A DNA stretch of 63,869 bases, counting the filler, from Sphaeroforma arctica JP610 (taxonomy: Eukaryota): assembly GCF_001186125.1 (NCBI RefSeq). It is 6 parts of 4 records of this genome, joined end to end, with 100 filler letters (N's around TTAATTAATTAA, not from the genome) between each part and the next. Parts side by side here need not be neighbours in the genome. Positions count along the whole stretch, not along the records: positions 1 to 14,613 come from NW_014040526.1; positions 14,714 to 31,738 come from NW_014040526.1; 4 more parts are not named here. One strand, 5' to 3'. The position numbers were made by a program, and so were the translations under genes. Below, one piece after another: positions 12,716 to 25,482 of the stretch. The notes under the pieces are model-generated. The model searched no databases, was not told the origin of the DNA, and saw only the letters and a program-made list of their open reading frames with translations. Each line of letters opens with the position of its first letter. The stretch's first letter is position 1.

Positions 12716-14613
12716 TAGGGATAATATTATTTATTTCAAAAATGGCAAGTATGTAAGATACAATGTATGAATATATGGTATGGCTCTCATAGTCGCTGTA
12801 GTGGTTCAGGAAAGATTGATGGGAAGAAGTGGTCATTGAATTCCCGTTTGAAGCTTGGGCCAAGTGAGTCGACAATGGAAAATATGTGCTGAGTCAATTC
12901 GGGCCGGTGTTGACAAAACACTGATGCTATCGAATGTTCCATATATTCGCTTGCTGACATACTAAGTAGAGTACCCACCTCTGAAGCGAGGATGGGGGTA
13001 AGCCAATGCCGCACCAGACTACGGATGAATTCGGTATGTGTTGGCTGGCCTGAATCGGAAGTATCATAGTCGGAACCAACAAGCGCGATGATTTGGTTTG
13101 AACCGATATTTGGAAGTAGTACTTCAACAGCGTGATTAGCCGGGGTATAGGCAACATCTGTTGATGTGTCGGGGACGGGTGAGGGTACGGTGGTTCTTCA
13201 GCATGCTGGAGAAAAGATCCAAGGTGTTCGTGGAGGGTCCAGATACCTTGGAAGTCGTGGCACTCCTGTAATTCCTGAGGGAGGTCAGGGCCAATGGGCG
13301 GCAGTTTCGGGCCTACCAGGATGCGTCGAATCAGTTGTTGGATGCAGGTATAGTGGCTGGTAGTGAACTTGTGGCTATCGGGGCAGACAGGGCAGAGACA
13401 GCCGTCGGTGCGGTAGTCTAGCAATGTGAATATGTACGTATTCGTTACAATCATAGCACAGAGCCGGATTGGTGTAGACTCGAAGCAGCGATTGAAGTTG
13501 TCGTGTCTGGTTGTGTCTCGGTTTGAGGTTGGCGGTTTACCCATAACCAGTTGGTAGTAGTATTGGCGCCGGGCCATTGCCGCGATCTCCTTGTTGGACC
13601 AACGTTTTGTTGAGTTCTTCCTGATGTCGTCACAGCGTTGGCGGAGGGCTACAAGGTCGGGTGTACGCCCGCCCGTGGTTTTGTGTACAGTTTTCAGGTG
13701 AGCATAGATACTGTATGGGAAGCGCAGTGATGGTTTATCGTGGGCCCAGGCGGATTGCGTCAGAGGGGTAAGTAGATTTGTGCTTGCCATTGAGTCGAGT
13801 TGTACTCCCAGGCAACTTCCGAGGTAGTCCGCGAATGGTCGCGCGGGGAGCAGGCCGCAAAAGTGAAGTAAGTTTGTTTGATGTTTGGGAAACCGAGAGA
13901 ATTTAGTGCCCGTGATGATGGCTGCTGCTTGGATTAGTGCTGAGTTAAAGCGCTCGAATAGGGGGTCCAACGCATCCTTCCATATAGGCGGATGCCAGGC
14001 AATAATGTTCAGCCCATATGTAACCGTGGATAGGATGAATGTTTTGAACATCACCAGTCGGTTGCGGGGTGTCGCCAGCTGAAACCATGGAAGCCATAAG
14101 CGCGGAAAGAGGCGATACCCAGTGACAATGCTGCAACCAGGGATTCCTTATGTCTAGCGAGATTGATTCCTGGTACTCCGTGAGAGAGTGGGAACCCCGG
14201 GAATTTGGAGTGGTTCGGTTCGGCATGTGTGGGCGCCAGTTTCAGGAAGAGGTAACGTGTGTTCAAAGGTGCGTCTGCAAGCGTCGGCGTGATAAGCTCA
14301 CCATTTGTACGGAGGGTTGGCGCCGCGTGTCGCAAGTCGGTAGATCGTACTCGGGGTATAATGACACCCTGTTCGAGGCCAGATTTGCGTCCCCACGCAT
14401 CAATGTCATCTAAGAAGGGCTGGAGCAAAACCGATCGAGGGGCTTGGATCCGTGTGTCATCGACAAATAAGTAAAAGCGGTAGCGTGACAGCTAAGGAAT
14501 CCATGTAGATAATAAAGAGCTGAGGGCCGACGATTGAGGCTTGTAGGATGCCATTCGCTCTATGGAATAGAGACGAGAGCGTGCAGCGGTATGTCACTCG
14601 GGTAGGGACTCTT
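12716..14613 (-). mobile_element. Non-LTR retrotransposon (LINE) 3' portion, frameshifted
   Basis: RT motifs NGILQASIVGPQLFIIYMDSL (~14500-14555) and YLFVDD (~14460), then LDDIDAWGRKSGL. C-terminal CPVC-x8-H-x2-C knuckle in ORF 12927-14054. Cut by an assembly gap. Confidence 0.85.
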
Positions 14614-14713
14614 NNNNNNNNNNNNNNNNNNNNNNNNNNNNNNNNNNNNNNNNNNNNTTAATTAATTAANNNNNNNNNNNNNNNNNNNNNNNNNNNNNNN
14701 NNNNNNNNNNNNN
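14614..14713. other. Artificial 100-nt contig spacer (N44-TTAATTAATTAA-N44); identical spacers at 31739-31838, 47885-47984, 56792-56891, 61489-61588; plain N gaps at 16201-16541 and 58911-58930
   Basis: Same length and six-frame-stop core at every occurrence. Confidence 0.95.
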
Positions 14714-17700
14714 GCTACCGAAGTATTCAGATATAAATAGATTTGGAAAGTAAATATAGTTCTATTAATAGAACTAGACCAAATCTTATGTTTGGTATTT
14801 TACTGGGGCATTTTAATGGCCTTGTCCAAGTATCTGATTTGTAAAATGGAAAAGGTATTAATTAAAAAATCCGTTAAAAACCATCTAGGAAACTTAAGTT
14901 CCTCGTACTATTAAGAATAAGTTTATAGTTTACGTACTGCTTAAGAGAACGTTTATAACATAGAGTCTACTGTGGATGCCCGGTTATTACACAGCCCCCA
15001 CCCAGCTTTGAAATCCAAGAGAGACTAGTTGCTCACTCAAGCCGATTTTGGATTTACAAAGCGAGAAAGAAAAACGAGTTGAAAACATTAAGAAGCATAA
15101 CGTATAGTTAATGTTTCTAAGGCGGAGAAGTTAAGCGTTCTCGGTTACCCTGTGAGTTTCTTAGGTCTAGTAGGTCCGTGGTGGTCGACTGGATGTTTCT
15201 TACGCTTCAGTGTCTTAAGCACATATGAAGGGTGAGCATTAAAGCTCGGAATAAATGCTGTAGGCGGGTAAGTTTTAACTTCTGTGCCTTCAGACGATGG
15301 AAACATGATTTCTTTTTCTGCTTGTGGCTTATGCAGGCGTTTACGCCATTTTCGATTAAAGGCTTTTAAATAGTCTTGATTATCAAAAGCAATGAAGTCA
15401 ACTCAACGATGGTACCGTCTATAAAGCGTGTACGATAGTATGTATAGCCTCCCTTATCCGTTCTCCATATAATGTCTTTAAATTCAGAACGAACAAGGGG
15501 GGAATTAGAGTCATGTCTTCTTGCGAGTATAATCTCTGTAGTCGGAATACGACCTGTGCCTATTTTAAGCGCACTAGAACCATCGGGGATATTTACCTCG
15601 TACGTTCCACCTTTATTGTCTGCTACAGAGATTACATATGGACCTATCCATTTAGATGTTAATACAGTAGCATCGGAATTACGTTGATGGATGTTAACTC
15701 TGTCTCCAACCTGATAATCTGCTATCTTTTTGGTAGCATTCCATCTATTTTGCCTTTTTTAACTAAGGCTATATTGCGTATTTCTCGCAAACAAGGATAT
15801 ACAACGTTATAAACACGTTGTACCTTCTCTAACCATAGTATTTCATGGTGATCAGGCTCGTCCTTGTTAAAGGGGATTTGTAACTCACTATATCTGCCAC
15901 GAAAATAGTGAGCGGGTGTAGTTCCTGTAACCGGATCAGCACACTCGTTCATTTGTGCTTGTACCCACTTAAGGTGGTACGGCCAATCATCTGCATCATT
16001 CCGTTAATGCAGTACGCAAGAAGAACTTAAGTCTTCTATAGCGCGTTTCATTCGCGTCTTGCGTTTGAGGTTTATATGGTACACCCTTTTTATGGCACAT
16101 GCCTGATACGAGTACTAGCGATTCCATTAAACCCTGTGTACTCGGATGTGGGCAGGTCAACCAGATCAATGATGACCCTGCGCCATGGAACATCTTCCGT
16201 NNNNNNNNNNNNNNNNNNNNNNNNNNNNNNNNNNNNNNNNNNNNNNNNNNNNNNNNNNNNNNNNNNNNNNNNNNNNNNNNNNNNNNNNNNNNNNNNNNNN
16301 NNNNNNNNNNNNNNNNNNNNNNNNNNNNNNNNNNNNNNNNNNNNNNNNNNNNNNNNNNNNNNNNNNNNNNNNNNNNNNNNNNNNNNNNNNNNNNNNNNNN
16401 NNNNNNNNNNNNNNNNNNNNNNNNNNNNNNNNNNNNNNNNNNNNNNNNNNNNNNNNNNNNNNNNNNNNNNNNNNNNNNNNNNNNNNNNNNNNNNNNNNNN
16501 NNNNNNNNNNNNNNNNNNNNNNNNNNNNNNNNNNNNNNNNNTTTCGCTTGGCATCTTTAAGTTGCGTCAACTACGTTCTGGTGCTTCAGCTTATGGTTTT
16601 GCGTCAGCCAAGCAAGAATGATTTCATCATTCTGCTCTTCCAGAATAAAGGTAGGGTGTTAAGAATCCACTTGCGTGGTCTCTAAGTATGTAGTGTTTCC
16701 TGACTCATGTCCTTCTTTTGCATAAATGTCATAAGTGCGCTCATGTGCGTTTGATCCACCTGACTTATTTAATAGCCGCATTATATGTATATACGCATCA
16801 GGATTGTCTTTCATTAATCCCTTTAAAAATAGGGATTGAAAGACTTCGGGCTTGGACTTTATGTTATTAAACAGAGTCCTAGCTAGAGACTGACACTTAA
16901 CGTTCAATTGGGTAGAGAGTGGAATCTCTGATTCTTTGACCTTGTTAAGGAAGGTCTCAGAAGGGGTCCATTTGGTTGTTCCAATGGGACCTATACGACA
17001 TACTATAGTATGTCTCCAGGGCGTCTTCTGGACGGCTTGGGTACCCTGATATAGGAATGTATCTACTTCCCTATCTTATTATATTGGCTCGCATTGTATC
17101 ATGCTTCTCCATAATGGGCAACACAACGTGATGGCAGCTTTATGTATATGAACATACTTTAATAGCTGGGCAATCAGCTGCCATGGTGGATTAACCCATG
17201 CATTATGTTTGGAGAGGTCTATTTGAAAGGCGTCTCACATAGGATGATTTAAAGTCCTGTAATTCGGTAGTTGTGCATTATTATGTGCAGCAAACATATC
17301 TATGGTATGTGGCCCAAATATCTTTAGAGCCAGTTAAACCCATCTGGGATTGCATTTCCAGTCAGTGGCTAGTAACTCACGTACGGATTTATAAAAGTCC
17401 GGTACAAGGCGTGATAACATATCCGGTAAATGGTTATGTATACCTGGCAGATGTTTTATATCAGAATGAAACTTTGATATTGTATCACGCCAGCGACTCA
17501 GTAATTGCTAGTCGGGTTTCATCTCTTTCATATATTGAAGAGATTTGCGATCACACATCAGCGTAAATGCTGTTCCGTAGAAGTAATTTCGGAAGTGTGT
17601 TGGAGCTGCCACTATGGCTAATAGCGTTTGTTTAACAGTTGGATAATTCAACTGTGATGCATTCATTACTCGACTAAAGAATTGTATATATCTAAGTTTG

Positions 17701-18828
17701 TTATCTATAACCTGATATAATACTCCTCCTAGGGCTAAGTCGGAAGCGTCCGTTGCTATTCCAAACGGTACGCCATCGACTGGTCCTTGTACAACAGGGG
17801 CTTGCTGGACTGCGTGTTTGAGCGTTTTAAATGCATCATTACACTCTTTAGTCCACAAGTCTCCTAGTTTGCCTTTATGACATCTTAAGTGTCCAAAAGG
17901 TTTAAGGTAGTCAGCCAAGTGTGGTACTCCATCTGAAAAGAAGTTTACAAACCAACACATGCTGTTCACATCTCTTCCTGTCGTCGGTGTTCGCCAATCT
18001 AACAGGTGTTCTCCTTTACCGGGGTCGATTTTAATATCTTCCCCAGATATACGGTAGCCTAAGAGCTGTATTTCGCTCATGGCGAATTGACATTTCTTCT
18101 CGTTAATCTTGAAGTTTTGTTCATTGAGTCTCTAAAGGACTCGTCTGACTAATGCGGCATGTTCGCCCTTAGTCTTAGAAAAGATGACTATGTCATCTAT
18201 ATAGACTTGCACGTTAGGCATGTCTGCAAATATTTCCTTCCATTACTTGTTGGAAGAATGCTGGTAAAGAGTGTAGCCCGAAAGGTGCACCTCTGAACCT
18301 ATATTGTTTACCTTTCCACGTAAAACTAAAGTATTTACGATGTGGTTCATATATCTGCTATTTGATGGTATCCTTGTGTAAGGTCTATAGTTGTAAATAC
18401 TGTAGCACCTTCCATCCTTCGCAGTAGCTCGTTAATACGAGGTAAGTGAAAGCTATGAATCGGTAATAAGTTCTTTATCGGACTCATATCTAAACAGACC
18501 GCAAAACGCATTAAGCGTACGGGTTAGCGTGTCGAGGTCGTGGTTGCCATCTCGCTACCGAAGTATTCAGTTATAAATAGATTTGGAAAGTAAATATAGT
18601 TCTATTAATAGAACTAGACCAAATCTCATGTTTGGTATTTTACTGGGGCATTTTAATGGCATTGTCTAAATATCTGATATGTAAAATGGAAATGGTATTT
18701 AATTAATAAAAACCTTTAAAAACCATTAAAGGAAAACTTAAGTTTACGTACTTCTAAGCGTACGTTTTACGTACTATTAAGAGTACGTTTTTAGTACAAG
18801 ATTTTAATATGGAGGCTCGGCTTTTACA
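14714..18828 (-). mobile_element. Ty3/Gypsy family A copy, internally deleted and degenerate (RT-RNaseH-integrase, partial LTRs at both ends)
   Basis: LTR parts 14714-14991 and 18546-18828. PPT GGGTGGGGGC at 14994-15003. RNase H IATDASDLALGGVL and RT YIDD region in 17508-18500. Integrase PWRRVIIDLVDLP and GPY/F motif KWIGPYVI. RT is joined directly to a ~45-bp gag fragment and the LTR. Confidence 0.9.
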
Positions 18829-18852
18829 AACTCAGGTTTGACCATACACCGT

Positions 18853-19177
18853 GTGTGATCAATTCAGGTGAATGATTTTGTTTGGTATTGTCATAATATT
18901 TCAGAGGTTTATCGATTCTGTGTACGATTACGCTGAGAACTCACTCTGGTCTTGTGCTCTCTTGAATAGTACCTAAAACAATGACGAAGGTATGTCGTAA
19001 ATCAGGTGAATGACTCAACCAACCAATCCAGTACTAGGTTGGTTGGTTGAGTTATTCGCCTATTTACCATATCCGCTGCATCTCCGGTTCTGTAGTAATA
19101 CAAGTAGGTGAAAGACTGGACCAACAAACCTAGTACTAGGCTGGTTGGTTCAGTCATTCACCTAATTTACTACAGAA
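18853..19177 (+). ncRNA. Candidate miRNA-like hairpin cluster (three related stem-loops)
   Basis: Hairpins 18853-18933, 18989-19074, 19088-19177. Each 5' arm carries AGGTGAA(T/A)GA, and many stem positions pair only as G-U on the + strand. Confidence 0.5.
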
Positions 19178-20868
19178 AGTCTGGCTAAAAAATTGCGTGA
19201 CCGCAAAATATCAGGCGTCTGCGCACCGTGATGTGCTATGGTGGCAGCACAGGGTTTACGTTACATTTGAAAGAGCAAGGATCACGAAAGTATCTGCCGG
19301 AATTGTTTCAGTTAATGTATTTTTGGGTTGCACGAGGCCCGTGTGGAGTCGGATTGAGGTTGCATTTTGTTCGCTTGTTAGGAAACCTTCCTGCTTATTT
19401 GTCATAATACTTTTTGACAGTGGCAAATCATACAGAAAGCTGAGCTTTGACTCTTTGACTGAATGTGCTTGATCCTGCGCATATTGCGAGCTTTACTGCA
19501 TTCACTTCGCTGATTCTGGTGTGAGGACCGTATATACCGAGAGATAAACGGTGGTATCGGGCAAAAATCGCGATAACTTCCGGCGTCATTCGAGTCGCGA
19601 GCTGGCGTAACTACGTTTGATAACGGAAAAAGTCTGCAATGGATTCGTAGGTGAGTAAACCTGGGTTGGATAGAAATACTAGTGCCCAGTTTGACACTCA
19701 AGTGCTGAATACATCATCAAATGTGTTGAAGTGCTTACTATTCTCCTAGACGACAAGAGAGGATCTCTCTGGATAGAGTTTGTTGAGGGTGGGTCCATTG
19801 TTGCTAACTCAAGTTCGTTTTTGTATCATAAATATCGATAGTGGGTGCGTGAGGATGATACTCTCTCAACTTTGGTTGGACGTGCTGGTCTGGTTGACTT
19901 CCATCTGCAACGAGAAAATCTCATTTCGACTCGCCAATACTGCTCTGCATACTGTACGTTGGTCTGCACCACTTGCTGTTGGAGCTGTTGCAGCAGGCTG
20001 AGAAATCACGCCGAGATTTCCTTGGAAGCATTGTCGTCAGGGAAACCGCTGTCAAAGCTGATTTCTTGATCATCATCCGATTGGGAGTCTGCCTTGGAAT
20101 CTTTTATGCTCTCCTTGTCTTGAGTATCCCTATCTTGGTGTGAGATCTACCATTGGAGTCACGCTATCGTTCGGTACCGATTGGACCTTAGGCTGCATAA
20201 TTTTGCGGATAGGGGGCACAATGTGAGAGAAGTGTCTTGAAGCTCATGATCAGTTGATTAGCCGAGAAACGAAAAGTGCTGCTGGGATTGTGGATAGTAC
20301 TGTTTATATACGCAGCATAATCTGTACTTTACAGGTCGCTGTCGCTCGACCGGCGAATGGGCTATAGCTTTACACATGCAGCCCTTGCACATAGCCTTCT
20401 TGAAAGACAAATTCAGAATGCTATGGCATGTATCATAGCCTTCTAAATTGAAACAGCACTCACATTGAACTTTTTTATTTAACAAAAAGGTAAATAAAAA
20501 ATAAAATAAAAAATAACTTCTTAAAAAATAATATTTACAACTGTATTTACTTACAGTACATGATGAATACATAAATAAATATATGTATTATATAAAAAAA
20601 AGATAAATTAGGTTTTTGTCATCGTGTCATTTTCTGCCTCCAGACTCATATAAAGGAAAAAACCCCCTATTTCGGACTTGCACAAAAACGCAGTGCAAAT
20701 TTTTTTTTTGGAATTATTTTTGAGTACTGAAGTTGGTAGTAGTAATATTTATGTTATTGCGCCACATGTGGATCGTTGCAGGTAGGAGTATATATTGAAA
20801 GTGGTCCAGAATTTGTGCAGTCTTTTTCGTTTTTGTGTGAAGCTCGTTGTTGTGCACAGATAGAAACC

Positions 20869-21462
20869 ATGGCACCCGTAGCTATCTCAATCGGTCTTAA
20901 GGACACTCCTTACACCACCAAGGGATACCCCGTAACTAAGAGAGAAACTCGTAACAAGCGTGTTTCCAAGAAAGGAGTATCTTCTGCGCGAAGCAAGTTC
21001 GTCCGATCCGTCGTCCGTGAGGTATGTTTGTTTGACGCATGTCATACAAGAGTGTGTGCACTGCACTGGAAAACGCCTGACGATATTTAATATATTTATT
21101 ATTCAGTCTAACTCTTTATGTTGTTGGAGAGTAGTGCGTTTGATGTGTTCAATTATTTGTTAGGAATTCTCGACTTATCGATCCAAAAAGTTTTCACTGG
21201 TGTGACGATAGTAGTACGAGATTAGCGAAACAAAAGTATTGTGCATTTATGAACCGTGCCTTGCAATTGTTGTCCAATTCTGCAGATGGTTGGATTTGCT
21301 CCTTACGAACGTCGTATCATGGAGTTGCTGCGAGTCTCTAAGGACAAGCGTGCCCTAAAGCTCGCGAAGAAGCGTCTTGGTACTCACGTCAGAGGAAAGG
21401 CCAAGAGAGAGGAGATGGTAGATGCCTTATCAGCCATTCACCGTGCTCAAACTCACAAGTAA
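20869..21462 (+). CDS. RPL36: 60S ribosomal protein eL36
   Basis: Exons 20869-21021 and 21286-21462: ...[53 protein letters not shown]. Confidence 0.97.
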
Positions 21463-23361
21463 ATTACTTTGGTAGGAATAGATGTAAATCTCTACTAAAA
21501 TTTCTTGTGTTTGCCTATCAAACTGTGTGGTACTGATGGGCGACAATATATTTGAATAATGCATGGTTCGAAATACGAGCCTTGTAGTATGTATGTATTG
21601 GGAATGCGGATTATTTCCTGAAGCCATGGCTGGATAATCGGAGGTGCCTTGAGTAGACGTATGTTTCAAATAGGTTGATATAGTATTTGCTTGGACGGCG
21701 TGTAGTTTATAGAGCACTATTTTTGGATCACGGGTGTGTGTATGTCTAGTTATTGCTATATATATATTTCGAAAACTTTTAATTGGTAGCTCCTAAGAGA
21801 GATTGAAGATGATTTAGTCGTCAATAGTGTTTATAGACGTGGAATGAAATTCGGGTCATTTGTGAATGTGTACTATTTTGTACAACGCCTTACTTTATAT
21901 CATCAATAGGACACATATATTGGGGTTAAAATTAAGGGGGACTCGTCTTGTACCGTTATATTGAGACGTTCTATAGTTCTGCTTATGTATATCGTATTTC
22001 CGCATAGGATTTTTGCGATCAAAAGTAGTTTAAAATCTAAATTCATCTTTCCTTGAATGTTCTCTGGCGTGATTTAACGAGGACTAGCTATTCATACCTT
22101 GACTTTATTCGCCCATGGTTAGATCGTTTTTTTAACGTTTATCCTTGAACGGCATTGGGTGAATTAGCATAATATGGCTAGCAAGTGCTGTATTGGGAGA
22201 GATTCTAGGCTGTTGCGGCAAATATTTTTTGATATATAGTTTTAACATTCAAATATATGATGTGTATGCTAACGTACTTGTGCAAGACGAGTTATGAGAT
22301 AGTTCGCGTCAGGTAGGATCAGAAATAGTTAGTGATGCTCGGTACTGAAACAGTCGAGACTTCCATTCGTTTGTTCAACTTACACATAAGTATACAAGTT
22401 CGTATTCGAATTGGTTGATTCGGCAGATACGCTTAAACCCCATCCTCGAGAGCTCTATGCTAAAAGTATTCGAGCTTCTCATATCAGTATGATACGAAGA
22501 GCAACTATCTGGAATGTGCTTACGTGGATGCAACCCCTTCTGTTTTAATGTTGAGATCTCGTTATCATGATGAACAATACCTTCAAAAATACGAAACAAT
22601 TTAGATAATAAATATCGATTTAGAAGCCTCTCAACAATGGTTGTAAAAATGTAGTCCACCATTCTTGGAAACATTGCAAAATATACTGACTTGTTTAAAA
22701 AAAGTGAATGCAGTCATAATTTTTTCTTTATCTGTGAGACTGTATTATGTTTCTACTACGTACATTGCAGCTTTCTCAAGACTGATTTAAAAGCCGAGAT
22801 CGAATACTGAGCAACACTGTATGATGTATGCTTAAAACAGAATCGGCTACTTGCTGGTTCCTCCTCCCATGCGTAGCTGTATATACGTTTTCTACAGAGC
22901 TACTACCTAAAAAAAAACACGAATTTAAGGAGATCGGAACACAATGTAGCAATGAGATTCGATGCTACAATATCTCAGACACACAAGTAGTTGAATGAAC
23001 TTCAATCGACACAGAATATATAGCAGACATCCAAGGAAGTATATATTGTTGCATATACTTCAGGATCTACGCATTATTACAATTACTTCACAACTTTTCG
23101 ATACAATGAATTATACACCTAACAAGATATTCATCGTTACAAATGATCAATACAATGGTTAATAAACTAAATGTATCTCATACTACAATACATGCGTTAT
23201 TTACTAAAAACTTTTTGGATGCAAATGACATGATGAACAATACAGTATAACAGATATCCAAACATCGTTACAGATGCTTAAGGGTTTATGCATTAATACA
23301 GGTACCTAATACATATATCGTGAATACTTCAGGTTGAACAGTTTATTTTCAGGCAGCACCT

Positions 23362-24132
23362 TTACTCTTCCGCCGTGATTGTTGATAGTCCTGCACATCA
23401 GAAACAACAAAAAATTAGTCCATCATGGTGATAATAGCGTACGAGCATTTGTAGGGGATATCAAAACGATCTCATAGTACACATGAACAATATAAAATTC
23501 GAACCAAATATTCGGTTTTAGATTATCCACGATCTGATGGATAGTTTCAAAATATATTAAAAACACACTGACGTCGATCCGATGGTTGCAAAAGATACAT
23601 CAAAACATTCACTATCACATGTACAAACCGTATATACGAAGAAGTAACTTACCTTTGAAAGTCTCAACCGGGACAAAGGTGACCAAAGTGTATAACTTGT
23701 GCTTGGCATCCTCCTCATCGTTACGCTTACGGCTCATGCGGACGCGAACACGGTGGGGTACATTGCGAACTCCACGAGACCAGAGGTGCTTATTTAAGTT
23801 GGTATCAACGCGAACATCCTCAGTACCCATCATCTTGGCGGCAAAAGCCTTTACCGTCTTGATGGCCTTAGGGGCACGCTTCTTGAAGCCACTACATAGA
23901 ACAAGCGTATACATATAAATTATCTATGAAATTGCGATTCCAAAAACCACATGGATAAACCTCTAGCTATAGGTGAAAATATGTACCGAGAATTCGATTG
24001 CTAATAGCAACAACGTAAGCAGGCACAAATAAATTTGTGCGAAACATACGTTCCGTGGAGCTTCTTGTGAAGATGGATGGTAGCCTCTCGGGTTACAACA
24101 TCCGACACGGCGCTTCTCTTAGGTGGAGCCAT
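23362..24132 (-). CDS. RPL31: 60S ribosomal protein eL31
   Basis: Exons 24132-24050, 23891-23653, 23390-23362: [39 protein letters not shown]...[33 protein letters not shown]...GLSTITAEE*. Confidence 0.97.
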
Positions 24133-24402
24133 TTTTCCTGCTGATTTGGCAGTTACAAAGCAAATAAATAAAGCTCTTAGTATATACAGCAATTAACGCA
24201 TACAACTATCTTGCAAACCTCATTCCAATCACTAAGAACACTGGTGATACTGAGTTGGTGATTTCGCTTTGTGATGACCCAAACTGAAGCATGCGCAAAT
24301 ACCGTGGGTAACGGTTGCTGAATGTGATACGTTGCGTACTACGTGCTATGCATGTTGATCGTTATATGTAGCGGAAAGATGCATATTTCATTTTACACTT
24401 AC

Positions 24403-24432
24403 TAGTTTCAGCCTTAAAGTGTAAAGGAAAGG
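24403..24432 (-). promoter_or_regulatory. Putative non-coding first exon of RPL31 beginning with a TCT/5'TOP pyrimidine tract
   Basis: Minus strand reads gCCTTTCCTTTacactttaaggctgaaacta|GTAAGT. Intron 24402-24138 ends CAG five nt before the ATG. Confidence 0.55.
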
Positions 24433-25482
24433 CATTCGGGCAGCTTCGCGAGTTTTAATTAATCCTGTCGGCGTCCATCTATAGCTGTCTACCCCACACG
24501 TGCATCCACCCAAAGCCATTTACTTTGAAAAATTATCTCCCCCAGAAAATTACGGATACAATCATAAACCAAAATGGAAAAATAAAACTATAGTTGAGAA
24601 ATAGTTTTATTTGAGCAAAAGGCATTTGATGTGCTGCAAATAAATATATATGTATGAAAACAAAAACTTCTCTGTGAACGAAACTACATTGACTAGTTCT
24701 AAAAACCATTATTTCGGTTGAGCACACGAACAAATTTTTATTTTAAGATTTGTATAGTTTTCCTATATAAAAATCCAAAATATGAAACATGCCTTCTGAA
24801 AAACCCCAAAGTTCGACTCCGACAGTCGCAAATTAATTTTTAGAAACAAACAATATATGAATGTGCTGTTTGTATATATGTGAAGGCTGTTTTGTAATTT
24901 ATTTTAAAAAAGGGGGGTTTTTTATATGAAGTTTGGCGCGCTTTTGGCGCTCAGAATATTTACGGTAAGATATGTACATTTCTGACGCTCTTGTATTTCC
25001 TCCGGTTTATTTACTACTACTATTGTCTTGTGTGTCAGTCATACCTTCCACTATGCGAAATTTTGGGGCCTGATTTTTCTTTGTTTCCCTTCACCATGCT
25101 TAAGAAGGTGATGGCAGTGGATAATTGACTATGTAATTGCGGTTGAATAGTCATGTCATATTGTTACGCGTTATATTGTGAAGTGTGTTGACCCCGGCTC
25201 ACAGATTTCTTGTTTTCTACCCGACTTTCTCTTATCTCTGATATTGAAGTAACTCTTGAAGAATCCCATGTTTTCTATGCAAATGAAAAAAGATATAGCC
25301 CATGAAATGGCTAATGATATTGACTACACTTTATTAGATCACCTTCCGGCTTACGGTCCATCTCGATATGGTTGGTAGTGTTAGATATACCTACACCATA
25401 AGATTGTAAAATAAAAAATAGTTGAGATATGTGGACAAAGTACCCTGGACACAGATTTAAGACAGGACCATATAATGGAATA

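Noticed and set aside
14614..14713. Recurrent TTAATTAATTAA palindrome inside N runs
   Set aside because: Artificial six-frame-stop contig linker. Adjacency across these spacers is not reliable.
19200..20220. Coding-like minus-strand stretch (acidic/Gln-rich, gag-like)
   Set aside because: Multiple stops and no diagnostic motif; probably a TE relic but not supportable.
21160..21235. Possible H/ACA snoRNA hairpin in the RPL36 intron
   Set aside because: Only one modest hairpin and a loose ACA; no convincing H box or guide target seen.
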